Shown here: one piece after another, positions 10,294 to 19,800 of the stretch
How the letters are laid out: each line of letters starts with the position of its first letter
Numbering within the stretch: position 1 is the first letter of the stretch
Assembly (NCBI GenBank): GCA_937973555.1
Contig: CALJKL010000078.1
Location: 8,232 to 72,231, forward strand
Length of the DNA: 64,000 bases
Source: an uncultured Flavobacteriales bacterium
GTDB lineage: Bacteria; Bacteroidota; Bacteroidia; Flavobacteriales; Weeksellaceae
Direction: 5' to 3'
The notes under the pieces: model-generated
Seen by the model: the letters and a program-made list of their open reading frames with translations, nothing else
Told to the model about the DNA's origin: nothing
Databases searched by the model: none
Program-made: the position numbers and the translations under genes

Positions 10294-11196
10294 TTAAAGG
10301 TTATAATCTTTTCCGTTATACATTTTAGCATCTGTAACGGCATCGGCATATTTCCATTTTTTATGCGTCCATAACCAGTTTTCTGGATGTTTTCTGATGG
10401 TTTTTTCGAGCATTTTATGAAATTTCACCACCAATTCTTCACCTTCAAAGGTTTCGTTTTCTGGATGCATCTCAATGAAATGAATATGGTACTTTCCTCT
10501 TTTTATTTTTATGATTTCTGCATAACAGAAAATCATATTTTCTTTGCCGGGAATTCTATTGTACCCAGTAAAAGCAGGGGTTTTTTGATTGAGAAATTCT
10601 AATCCAAACTGAACTCTTGAAGAATGTGGCGTTTGATCAGAAAGAAAGCCGTAAACAGAATTTCCATCATTGGGTTGTTCTTTAAAATGTCTCATAACGT
10701 TTTTAGATTCAATGAGTTTGAATCCGAATCTTGCTCTTGATTCTATGATTTTATCGTCCCAAAATTTACTTTGTAATTTTCTGTAAATGGCAAAGAAATT
10801 TTGCTGAGGAACTTTTTTTGCAACTAAGGTGGTGAATTCCCAATTAAAGTTGTGCCCGGTTAGAATAATGAGGTTTTTCTTTTCGTCAAAAGATTTTTGG
10901 AAAAGATCTAGGTTTTGATATTCAATTATATTCTCTAATTTTTTTTCAGAAATGGTAAATGTTTTCAGGGTTTCTACCATAAAATCGGTAAAGTTTCTGA
11001 AGAATTTTTTTTGTATTTTTTTTATTTCTATTTCTGTCTTTTCGGGAAAAGAATTCTTAAGGTTTTGGTAGACTACTTTTTTTCTGTATCCTATAATGTG
11101 ATAATTTAGAAAAAAGAAAAAGTCTGATATTATGTACAAGACTTTCAAAGGTAATCTTGAAAAAAGAGTGAGAATAAAGAATAATAGTTGGTTCAT
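10294..11196 (-). CDS. LpxL/HtrB-type lipid A (Kdo2-lipid IVA) or lysophospholipid acyltransferase
   Basis: N-terminal anchor, an H-x4-E acyltransferase motif (GHNFNWE), and the size and layout of late lipid A acyltransferases. Confidence 0.75.
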   Translation of the reverse strand: MNQLLFFILTLFSRLPLKVLYIISDFFFFLNYHIIGYRKKVVYQNLKNSFPEKTEIEIKKIQKKFFRNFTDFMVETLKTFTISEKKLENIIEYQNLDLFQKSFDEKKNLIILTGHNFNWEFTTLVAKKVPQQNFFAIYRKLQSKFWDDKIIESRARFGFKLIESKNVMRHFKEQPNDGNSVYGFLSDQTPHSSRVQFGLEFLNQKTPAFTGYNRIPGKENMIFCYAEIIKIKRGKYHIHFIEMHPENETFEGEELVVKFHKMLEKTIRKHPENWLWTHKKWKYADAVTDAKMYNGKDYNL

Positions 11197-11212
11197 AGTT
11201 TAAATTAAGATG

Positions 11213-11220
11213 CAAATTTA
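11213..11220 (-). promoter_or_regulatory. candidate -7 box (TAAATTTG on minus strand) for the acyltransferase operon
   Basis: CAAATTTA on the plus strand, 16 nt upstream of the minus-strand ATG at 11196. Confidence 0.45.
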
Positions 11221-11250
11221 CAAAATCATTACTTTAGATTCTAAATTTAA

Positions 11251-11258
11251 TATATTTG
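11251..11258 (+). promoter_or_regulatory. candidate -7 box (TATATTTG)
   Basis: Matches TAnnTTTG and lies 19 nt upstream of the ATG at 11278. Confidence 0.45.
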
Positions 11259-11277
11259 AAAAAAAATAAAAGTATAT

Positions 11278-11820
11278 ATGAAAAGTTTAATCTTAAAAAT
11301 TTCTTTTGCGGTAATGCTTTTGCCGGTAGTTTTAAGCGCTCAGGATACGAAAGTTTCTGCAGAGGATGCCGCTAAAATAGAAGCCAAGAAAAAGCAAGAA
11401 GCAGAAAAAGCATCTCTGCCAAAGCCATATAACGAAGCGGAAAATGCCGAAGCCAAAATTAAAGAATTGGTAAAAAAAGCTAAAAAAGAAAATAAAAATG
11501 TCATGATCCAAGCCGGAGGCAATTGGTGTATTTGGTGTTTGAGATTCAATAATTTTGTGCAAACCACCCCTGAATTGAAAAAACTGGTGGATGACAATTA
11601 CATCTATTATCATCTTAACTATTCTCCAAAGAATAAAAATGAAAAGATTTTTGCCCAGTATGGGAATCCAGGAGAAAAATATGGGTACCCGGTATTTATT
11701 GTTTTGGATAAAACTGGAAAACAAATTCATACGCAAGATTCTGCAGTGTTAGAAGAAGGCAAAGGATACAGCCTAGATAAAGTAAAAGCCTTTTTCGCTG
11801 AATGGAAACCTAATAAATAA
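11278..11820 (+). CDS. secreted thioredoxin-fold protein (CxxC)
   Basis: Signal peptide (LLPVVLSAQ), a GGNWCIWC redox motif, and a thioredoxin-like alpha/beta pattern. Confidence 0.75.
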   Translation: MKSLILKISFAVMLLPVVLSAQDTKVSAEDAAKIEAKKKQEAEKASLPKPYNEAENAEAKIKELVKKAKKENKNVMIQAGGNWCIWCLRFNNFVQTTPELKKLVDDNYIYYHLNYSPKNKNEKIFAQYGNPGEKYGYPVFIVLDKTGKQIHTQDSAVLEEGKGYSLDKVKAFFAEWKPNK

Positions 11821-11823
11821 AAG

Positions 11824-11851
11824 AAAAAGCCTCAGATGATGAGGCTTTTTT
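11824..11851. terminator. bidirectional terminator between convergent genes
   Basis: AAAAAGCCTCA gatga TGAGGCTTTTTT; an A-run and a T-run flank a GC-containing stem. Confidence 0.8.
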
Positions 11852-11852
11852 A

Positions 11853-13214
11853 TTATAAGATTTTCTTCAAAATTTTCATTTTTACATTGGTATAGGGAGG
11901 ATATTTCAATTCGGGTTCCAGGTAAATGGATTTTTTGAGGATGGATTTCGCATGAGAAAATGCCTCAAAACCATATTTACCGTGATAATTTCCAATTCCT
12001 GAATTGCCTACGCCACCAAAAGGAAGTCTGTCATTGCTGAGGTGCATCAAGGTGTCATTAATGCATCCCCCACCAAAGCTTAATAATTCATTGAACATCT
12101 TTTGCTCTTGGCTATCATTGCTAAATAAATAAGCAGAAAGCGGTTTTTCACCTTCGTTTACTTTTTGGATAGCATCTTCAAAATTTGTGTAGGTGAGCAC
12201 CGGCAAAATAGGTCCGAAAATTTCTTCCTGCATGATGGCATCTTCCCAAGTTACTTGGTCTAAAACGGTAGGGGAGATATAGCGTTTTTCTTTGTCGGTT
12301 TCACCACCAAAAACTGTTTTTGAAGGGTCTATCATCTTTTCTAATCGGTCAAAATTACGTTCATTGATGATTTGGCAATAATGATCGGCATCTTTGTGGT
12401 AGCTCCTTTTCTTAATTTCCTCGATTAAAATTTTTGTAAATTTTGGTTTGATATTTTCCTGAACATAAAGATAATCCGGTGCAACGCAGGTTTGTCCGGC
12501 ATTGATGAATTTTCCCCAAACAATTCTTCTGGCCACAACTTCTAAGTCTGCATGTTCAGTAATAAAAGCTGGAGATTTTCCTCCCAACTCTAAAGTTACC
12601 GGAGTTAAGTGTTCTGCAGCTGCTTTGTAAACAATTTTTCCAACTTTTGGACTTCCTGTGAAGAAAATTTTATCGAATCTCAGTTTCAAGATTTCGGTGG
12701 TTTCTTCCACGCCACCTTCCACAACATATAAAAATTGGGCATCGAAATTTTCATTGATGATTTTAGCCATAGCCTTCATGGTGTTTTCTGGCAGTTCACT
12801 CGGTTTAATAAAACAAGTGTTTCCAGCCGCTATGGCAGCGATAACCGGGGTTAAAGTTAGTTGATAAGGATAGTTCCATGCACCAATAACAAGACAGTTG
12901 CCCAAAGGTTCATACACTATTTTACTACTTCCTAATTGATTGACGATATTGGTCAAAACCTTTTTTGGTTTCGCTAAAGATTTTAAGTTTTTTACATAAT
13001 AATCAATATCCTTATAAATGAAGGAAATTTCTGTGCCGAAGGTTTCAAATTCTGATTTTTTGAAATCTTTGTAAATGGCATCATATAGCATTTTTTCATT
13101 TTCTGAAATGATTTTTTTGAATTTCAGCAATTGATCTTTTCTGAATTTTAAATCCAAAGTTTGATGTGATTTAAAAAACTCTTTCTGTTTTTGTAAAATG
13201 TCTGAGTAATTCAT
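11853..13214 (-). CDS. aldehyde dehydrogenase, class 3 (fatty/aromatic aldehyde) family
   Basis: ELGGKSP, catalytic-Cys block NAGQTCVAPDY, EEIFGPILP. I place the start at ATG 13214 (MNYSDILQ...) because a -7 box lies at 13237-13244. Confidence 0.92.
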   Translation of the reverse strand: MNYSDILQKQKEFFKSHQTLDLKFRKDQLLKFKKIISENEKMLYDAIYKDFKKSEFETFGTEISFIYKDIDYYVKNLKSLAKPKKVLTNIVNQLGSSKIVYEPLGNCLVIGAWNYPYQLTLTPVIAAIAAGNTCFIKPSELPENTMKAMAKIINENFDAQFLYVVEGGVEETTEILKLRFDKIFFTGSPKVGKIVYKAAAEHLTPVTLELGGKSPAFITEHADLEVVARRIVWGKFINAGQTCVAPDYLYVQENIKPKFTKILIEEIKKRSYHKDADHYCQIINERNFDRLEKMIDPSKTVFGGETDKEKRYISPTVLDQVTWEDAIMQEEIFGPILPVLTYTNFEDAIQKVNEGEKPLSAYLFSNDSQEQKMFNELLSFGGGCINDTLMHLSNDRLPFGGVGNSGIGNYHGKYGFEAFSHAKSILKKSIYLEPELKYPPYTNVKMKILKKIL

Positions 13215-13236
13215 TATTTTTAAACATTGATTTTCA

Positions 13237-13244
13237 CAAATATA
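13237..13244 (-). promoter_or_regulatory. candidate -7 box (TATATTTG on minus strand) for the aldehyde dehydrogenase
   Basis: CAAATATA on the plus strand, 22 nt upstream of ATG 13214. It abuts the ATG of the divergent SDR gene. Confidence 0.45.
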
Positions 13245-13246
13245 CC

Positions 13247-14059
13247 ATGAAAAATTCATTTCAAAACAAAAATGTACTTATTACAGGCGGCGCCTCCGGA
13301 ATTGGCAAAATTATGGCCAGAAAATCCTTGGAGAGAGGGACTTCAGTGTTAATCATCTGGGATATTAATGAAGAAGGTTTGTCCAAAACGAAAGAAGAAT
13401 TGTCTGAAATTGGAGGTGAGATTTTCACCTATAAAGTAGATGTTTCTCAATTGGAGGACATCAAAACCAATGCTGAAAGAGTAAAATCTGAAGTTGGCAA
13501 AATAGACATTCTTATCAACAATGCCGGAATTGTAGTAGGTAAATATTTCCATGAAAATACCCATGAAGATATTCATCGCACAATGCTTATCAATGCCAAT
13601 GCGTTGATGCATATCGCTTTAGAATTTTTACCCGATATGATGGTTCAAAATTCTGGTGCGGTCTGCAATATCGCTTCTTCAGCTGGGTTGATTTCCAATC
13701 CTAAAATGGCGGTATATGCCGCTTCAAAATGGGCTGTAAACGGCTGGAGCGATTCCTTGCGTTTGGAGATGGAACAATTGGGTAGAAATGTGTCCTTTAC
13801 CACCATAATGCCTTTTTATATCAATACGGGGATGTTTGATGGAGTGAAATCTAAATTGATTCCGATTTTAGAGCCGGAGCCTACCGCAGAAAAAATCATA
13901 AAAGCCATAGAAAACCGAACCAAAATACTCGCTTTGCCTCTTCCATATTGGTTTGTTCGCCTTTCACAAGGCCTTCTTCCGCTACCGGTTTTTGATTGGG
14001 TGATGAAGAATGTTTTCGGGGTTTATGATACTATGAAGGATTTTAAAGGCAGAAATTAA
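13247..14059 (+). CDS. short-chain dehydrogenase/reductase (classical SDR)
   Basis: TGGASGIG cofactor motif, NNAG, and a YAASK active-site (YxxxK) motif. Confidence 0.93.
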   Translation: MKNSFQNKNVLITGGASGIGKIMARKSLERGTSVLIIWDINEEGLSKTKEELSEIGGEIFTYKVDVSQLEDIKTNAERVKSEVGKIDILINNAGIVVGKYFHENTHEDIHRTMLINANALMHIALEFLPDMMVQNSGAVCNIASSAGLISNPKMAVYAASKWAVNGWSDSLRLEMEQLGRNVSFTTIMPFYINTGMFDGVKSKLIPILEPEPTAEKIIKAIENRTKILALPLPYWFVRLSQGLLPLPVFDWVMKNVFGVYDTMKDFKGRN

Positions 14060-14062
14060 ATC

Positions 14063-15250
14063 CTAAGGAAAAGGATTACTCCATTTTTTATTGGTATAGA
14101 CATCATTCCCAGAAAGGGTTTTCAAAAACGCAATCACTGCATTAATTTCTGTAGCATTGAGGTTTAATTTTTGTCCAGAACCATTAGGCATTAGCCTAGC
14201 GTCTAGATTGGTATTTCTGTTGGCAATGTTGATATTTCCATAATGTCCTATCACATTTTGGAGGGTAGCCAGGTTAGCTGTATGCATAAAAGGACTGTTT
14301 TCGGTGCCGTCAGGTTTGGTTACATTTCTCAAACTTGGGGCTTTGGTATTGGTGATATCTATTCCTGTTTCGCCAATGATTCCAATAATTCCATTGTTTC
14401 TCGTATTAGGGTCTATGTCAAACTCTGGTGCATTATGACAAGCATTACATCCTAAACCTCCAGAAATTCTACTTCCTGTACCATCAAATACAGGAGGGGT
14501 TAAGAACAATTGTTTTCCTAAATTTTCTTGAGTAGTAAAATTAGAAAAAGGTTCTTGTTCGGTTGTTGCAAGGGCTCTTCCGGAGTCATACTTACTATCA
14601 AAAGATTGAATACTTCTAATAAATTGTGCCAAAGCATTCTGTATTCTGTCTTGAGTAACTGTAGAGTCACCATATACAAATTTAAAAAGCTCTTGGTAAT
14701 ATTTGATGTTTTGAAGTTTGGTTAAAAGCGCTGAAATATTATCATCACCATCAGCCCCACTAAAGCCCATTTCTTTATGGTCTTGGATGGGCATACTGGT
14801 TTGTACCTCAAGAGAACTTGCCCTTTCATCCCAAAAAAACTTTTTCTCCAAAGAAAATCTCGAATTTACCAATCTCATGGCATGTCTTCCGGTTGTTCCG
14901 TTGACACCTGTGCTTGCAATGGCATTATCTCCAAAGGCCAATTCTTGCTTATGACAGCTTGAACAAGAAATGGTATTGTTTTTAGATAAATTTTTATCGT
15001 AAAATAAAACCCTGCCCAGCGTTGCTCCTTTATTGGTGATAGGATTGCTAAGAGTATTGTCTTTGGTGATGTATCTGGGAATAGTCTGATTGGCGTAATT
15101 CTCTAAATTATTGAGATTAATATTATTGCCGAAAGTGGCCGTTACATTAGGATAAGTTTCTATTACCGGGGTACCCTCGTCTATTGAGCTAGAGCCGCAT
15201 GAAATAAATAGGCCGAAACAAAAAGAAAGCAATAAATGATTAATCTTCAT
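14063..15250 (-). CDS. di-haem cytochrome c peroxidase/MauG-family lipoprotein
   Basis: Lipobox (LFISC), and two CxxCH motifs (CSSCH, CNACH) spaced as in bacterial CCP/MauG. Confidence 0.82.
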   Translation of the reverse strand: MKINHLLLSFCFGLFISCGSSSIDEGTPVIETYPNVTATFGNNINLNNLENYANQTIPRYITKDNTLSNPITNKGATLGRVLFYDKNLSKNNTISCSSCHKQELAFGDNAIASTGVNGTTGRHAMRLVNSRFSLEKKFFWDERASSLEVQTSMPIQDHKEMGFSGADGDDNISALLTKLQNIKYYQELFKFVYGDSTVTQDRIQNALAQFIRSIQSFDSKYDSGRALATTEQEPFSNFTTQENLGKQLFLTPPVFDGTGSRISGGLGCNACHNAPEFDIDPNTRNNGIIGIIGETGIDITNTKAPSLRNVTKPDGTENSPFMHTANLATLQNVIGHYGNINIANRNTNLDARLMPNGSGQKLNLNATEINAVIAFLKTLSGNDVYTNKKWSNPFP

Positions 15251-15359
15251 AAAGTGATATTTTTCTTATGATTAAAAAACTAAGATAAGGTTAAAATTTA
15301 TCTTATGTTAACAATTTGTTAATATATGAAAATCAATATCAATTTTTTATAAAAAAATG

Positions 15360-15367
15360 TATTTTTG
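15360..15367 (+). promoter_or_regulatory. candidate -7 box (TATTTTTG) for purB
   Basis: Matches TAnnTTTG and lies 30 nt upstream of the purB ATG. Confidence 0.45.
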
Positions 15368-15397
15368 TACATCTAATAAAAAGCCATCTAGCAACAA

Positions 15398-16825
15398 ATG
15401 AATTCTTACAAAAATCCTCTCGAAGAACGTTATTCAAGTGAGGAAATGCTGTTTAATTTTTCCCCAAATAACAAGTTCAGAACCTGGAGACAACTTTGGA
15501 TTGCCCTTGCTGAAATAGAAAAAGACCTTGGTTTGGACATCACAGATGAACAAATCAACCAGCTGAAAGAGCATTCAGAAAATATAGATTTCGATAAAGC
15601 TGCTGAATACGAGAAAAAATTCAGACATGATGTAATGGCTCATGTACATACTTATGGAGATGTGGCGCCTTTGGCTAAGCCTATCATTCACTTGGGGGCT
15701 ACTTCTGCTTTTGTAGGAGACAATACAGACCTTATCCAAATCCGTGACGGATTGTTACTCATCAGAAAACAATTGGTGAATGTCATCAAAAACCTATCGG
15801 ATTTCTCCATTCAGTACAAGGATTTGCCAACTCTAGGCTTCACGCACTTTCAGCCGGCACAATTGACTACGGTTGGGAAAAGGGCTACGTTATGGTTACA
15901 ATCATTATTGTTGGATATTGAAGAGCTAGAATTTTTCTTAGAAACCTTGCGTTTTAGAGGTGTAAAAGGAACTACCGGAACTGCGGCTAGTTTTTTGGAG
16001 CTTTTCAATGGAGACTATTCTAAAGTACAACACCTGGATAAAGAACTTTCCAAAAGATTTGGATTTGAAAAAGTATTTGGTGTTTCAGGACAGACCTATG
16101 ATAGAAAGATTGATGCTAAAGTTTTGGCATTGCTATCTAATATTGCCCAATCGGCACATAAATTCACCAATGATTTAAGGCTTTTACAGAACCTTAAAGA
16201 AATAGAAGAACCTTTTGAGAAAAACCAAATTGGGTCTTCGGCAATGGCTTACAAGCGTAATCCTATGCGTTCTGAAAGGATTTCGGCTTTGGCAAAATAC
16301 GTAATGTCTCTGCAGAATTCATCTGCCATGGTAGCGGCTACGCAATGGTTTGAAAGAACTTTAGACGATTCTGCTAACAAAAGACTAACCGTTCCTCAAG
16401 CGTTTTTAGCGGTAGATGCTATTTTATTGATTTGGAACAACATCATGAACGGAATTGTGGTGTATGAAAACAGAATCCAAAAGCATATAGACGAAGAGTT
16501 GCCTTTTATGGCGACAGAATACATCATCATGGAAGAAGTGAAAGCTGGAGGAGACCGACAAGAAATCCATGAAATCATACGAGTGCATTCTATGGAAGCC
16601 TCCAAAAAGGTGAAGATGGAAGGTAAGGAGAATGATTTAATCGAAAGGATTATGAATGACGACTCCTTGAAATTGGATAAATCAAAATTGAAGCAGGTGC
16701 TAGCCCCTAAAAACTTCATCGGCTTCGCACCTATCCAAACTGAAGAATTCATACAAAACGAAATTCAGCCGGTTTTAAAAAAATATCAACACTTAATCGG
16801 TTTAGAATCAGAACTTAAAGTATAA
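15398..16825 (+). CDS. purB: adenylosuccinate lyase
   Basis: Fumarate-lyase signature GSSAMAYKRNPMRSE, and PurB-typical length. Confidence 0.96.
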   Translation: MNSYKNPLEERYSSEEMLFNFSPNNKFRTWRQLWIALAEIEKDLGLDITDEQINQLKEHSENIDFDKAAEYEKKFRHDVMAHVHTYGDVAPLAKPIIHLGATSAFVGDNTDLIQIRDGLLLIRKQLVNVIKNLSDFSIQYKDLPTLGFTHFQPAQLTTVGKRATLWLQSLLLDIEELEFFLETLRFRGVKGTTGTAASFLELFNGDYSKVQHLDKELSKRFGFEKVFGVSGQTYDRKIDAKVLALLSNIAQSAHKFTNDLRLLQNLKEIEEPFEKNQIGSSAMAYKRNPMRSERISALAKYVMSLQNSSAMVAATQWFERTLDDSANKRLTVPQAFLAVDAILLIWNNIMNGIVVYENRIQKHIDEELPFMATEYIIMEEVKAGGDRQEIHEIIRVHSMEASKKVKMEGKENDLIERIMNDDSLKLDKSKLKQVLAPKNFIGFAPIQTEEFIQNEIQPVLKKYQHLIGLESELKV

Positions 16826-16830
16826 ATATG

Positions 16831-16856
16831 TGCAGCCTCGTCGGCTGCATTTTTAT
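16831..16856 (+). terminator. terminator-like hairpin between purB and purL
   Basis: TGCAGCC tcgtc GGCTGCA followed by TTTTTATTTT. It ends about 13 nt before the purL ATG. Confidence 0.7.
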
Positions 16857-16869
16857 TTTAAACAAATAT

Positions 16870-19800
16870 ATGAACAGAAGAATTTTCGTAGAAAAGAAAG
16901 GAATTTTCGATGTAGAAAGTCCTAAAATTTTAAATGAAATAAAAACCATTCTGCCGGGAGTTCAGTCGGTGAAGGTGTATAATGTTTATGACATTTTCGG
17001 GTTGGACGAAACCGATTTTGAAAAGGTGGTGAACAATACTTTTGTAGACCCGGTGGTAGATATTCTGCATAAAGAAAACCCTGCCAAAACATTACATTTT
17101 GCAACAGAATTTTTGCCTGGACAATATGATCAAAGGGCAGATTCTGCACAGCAATGTATCGCTTTATTGACGGGTAATGAAAAGGCAACAGTAAGAAGCG
17201 GAAAATTAATGGAAATTAGTGGCATCAGCGATGCTGATTTCCATAAAATTAAAGACTTGCTCATCAATAAAGTAGAATCTCAAGAAAAGAACCTTTCTGT
17301 TTTGGAGATTCCTGCGGAAGAAACCCCGGATAAGATTAAGGTTTTTGATGAATTTAACAGTTTTACTCCTTCGCAACTTCACGATTTTTATAACAATTAT
17401 GGTTTTGCCTTTGGGTTAGATGATTTGCAATTCATTCAGGATTATTTTAAGTCTGAAAACAGAAATCCTACAGAAACCGAATTGAAGGTTTTGGATACCT
17501 ATTGGAGCGACCATTGTCGTCATACCACGTTTGAAACTGAATTAACGGACATTCAGTTTGAAGGGAAATTCAAGGAGACTTTAGAAAATATTTTTAAGGA
17601 TTATTTAGAAAAGAGAAAATTCTTGGGCAGAGAAGCCAAGCCTATTTCTTTAATGGATTTGGCAACGGTTTGTGCCCGATATTTCCATAAAACAGGGAAA
17701 TTGGATAATCTGGTGGTTTCCGATGAAATCAACGCTTGTACTATAGAAATAGAAGCCGAATTTGATGGCAAAAAGGAACCTTGGTACCTATTGTTTAAAA
17801 ACGAAACCCACAATCACCCTACAGAAATAGAGCCTTTTGGAGGGGCTTCCACATGTTTGGGAGGTGCTATCAGAGATCCATTGTCCGGAAGAGCATTTGT
17901 ATTCCAAGCAATGCGTTTAACGGGCGCTGCAGATGTTTTAGAGCCTGTTTCTAAAACTTTACCGGGTAAACTTCCGCAGAGAACCATCACCAAACAGGCG
18001 GCGAATGGCTATTCTTCCTATGGAAACCAAATTGGTTTGGCCACCACGCACGTTTCGGAGATTTATGATGAAGGATACAAGGCCAAAAGAATGGAGGTGG
18101 GCTTTGTAGCAGGTGCAGTTCCGAAAGATTGGGTGAGAAGAGAAAAGCCTGTGAAAGGAGATTTGGTTATCATTTTAGGAGGTGCAACCGGAAGAGACGG
18201 GGTAGGAGGAGCAACGGGAAGTTCTAAAGAGCAGGACGAAACCTCTATCCATACGCTTTCTACAGAAGTGCAGAAAGGAAATGCGGTAGAAGAAAGAAAA
18301 ATCCAAAGGTTATTCAGGAATCCTGAAGTGACAAAGTTGATTAAAAAATCAAATGACTTTGGGGCAGGAGGAGTTTCGGTAGCGATTGGCGAAATTGCTG
18401 ATTCACTGGAAATTAACCTCGATATTCTGCCTTTAAAATATGAAGGGCTGAATGGAACTGAATTGGCCATTTCCGAATCTCAGGAAAGGATGGCGGTGGT
18501 GATTGAGGCTCAAGAAAAAGAAAAATTCATCAAATTCTGCGAAGCAGAAAATATAAAGGCTGTAGAAATTGCCAAAGTAACCAATAGTGGCAGGATGCAG
18601 ATGTTCTGGAACGGACAGAAAATTGTGGATTTAAGCCGCGAATTTCTCGATACCAGCGGATGCAGCAAAAAGCAAGAGGCAAAAATCGCGCATTTAAAGA
18701 ACGTTAAAGCTGATGAGGTGGTCTTCAACGAAGATAACTTCTTGAAGATATTAGCCGAGAAAAATGTGGCATCTCAAAAAGGTTTGGTTGAAATGTTCGA
18801 CTCTACTGTGGGGGCTACCACTGTGGCCTTGCCGTTTGGGGGTAAGTACCAATTAACAGAGACCGAAGGAAGTGTACAAACGTTGCCAGTGCAGCATGCA
18901 GCGCATATAGAAACGGTGTCCTTGGCCAGTTGGGGTTTTGATGCCGAAATTTCCAAGCAAAACTCTTTGGCGGGAGCAAGTCTTGCCGTCGTTGAATCTG
19001 TGGCCAAAATAGTGGCTATGGGCGGCGATTATCGAAACATCAGATTGAGTTTCCAAGAATATTTTGAAAAACTGGGCCAAAACCCTGAAAAATGGGGCAA
19101 GCCTTTGGCTTCTTTGCTTGGGGCGTATGATGCCCAAATGAATTTGGGATTGGCTGCCATTGGAGGGAAAGATTCCATGAGTGGTACGTATCAAGATATC
19201 CACGTACCACCCACATTGATTTCGTTTGCATGTGCCAATGGTGAAAAGAAGAATATCATCTCTCCGGAATTTAAAAAGGCAGGGAATTTCATTTATCATT
19301 TCCATCATCAATTCCAAGAAAATGGATTGCCGAATTATGAAAACCTAAAAGAAATTTTCGAATATATATTTGAGAACGTTCAGCAGAAAAAGATAATTTC
19401 TTTGAAGACAGTTAAAGATGGAGGAGTTGCAGTAGCAGTTGCCAAAATGTGTTTCGGAAATAATTTAGGAGCAGAGATTAAAGTAGAGGAAAAATATCTT
19501 TTAGAGAAAAATATCGGAGGGTTTGTGATAGAATCTACCGAAAAATTAGACCATCATTTACTTCAATTAATAGGTGAAGTTAAAAGTTATGAATATCTCA
19601 AAATCAGTAATTTAAATATTGAAATCAAAAAATTACTTGAAGTTAATTTTGGAACTTTTGAAAACCTTTTTCCAACGGTAGAAAAAGATAAAATTATCAT
19701 TAACTTTGAGGAAGAATTAAATGGAGTTGAGAAAAAAAGCATTCATATTCTTTCTCATAAAATAGGAAATCCAAGGGTGTTTGCGCCTATATTTCCGGGA

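Noticed and set aside
13215-13259. Longer N-terminal extensions offered by the ORF track for six genes: ALDH (13259), purL (16828), gldG (27337), atpB (32655), frr (53586) and ftsK (58910).
   Set aside because: In each case an internal ATG matches the conserved family N-terminus. The extension would also run through a terminator hairpin, a -7 promoter box or the neighbouring gene, so I used the shorter starts.
14057-14065. Convergent SDR and peroxidase genes have stop codons only 3 nt apart with no terminator between them.
   Set aside because: This is real but unremarkable in compact genomes. There is nothing to test beyond transcript 3' end mapping.
16922-19317. Several 60-154-aa minus-strand ORFs inside purL (for example 18063-18470 and 18853-19317).
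   Set aside because: They lie entirely antisense to a strongly supported conserved gene and have low-complexity, Cys/Phe/Ser-rich composition with no start context. This is the typical shadow-frame artefact.
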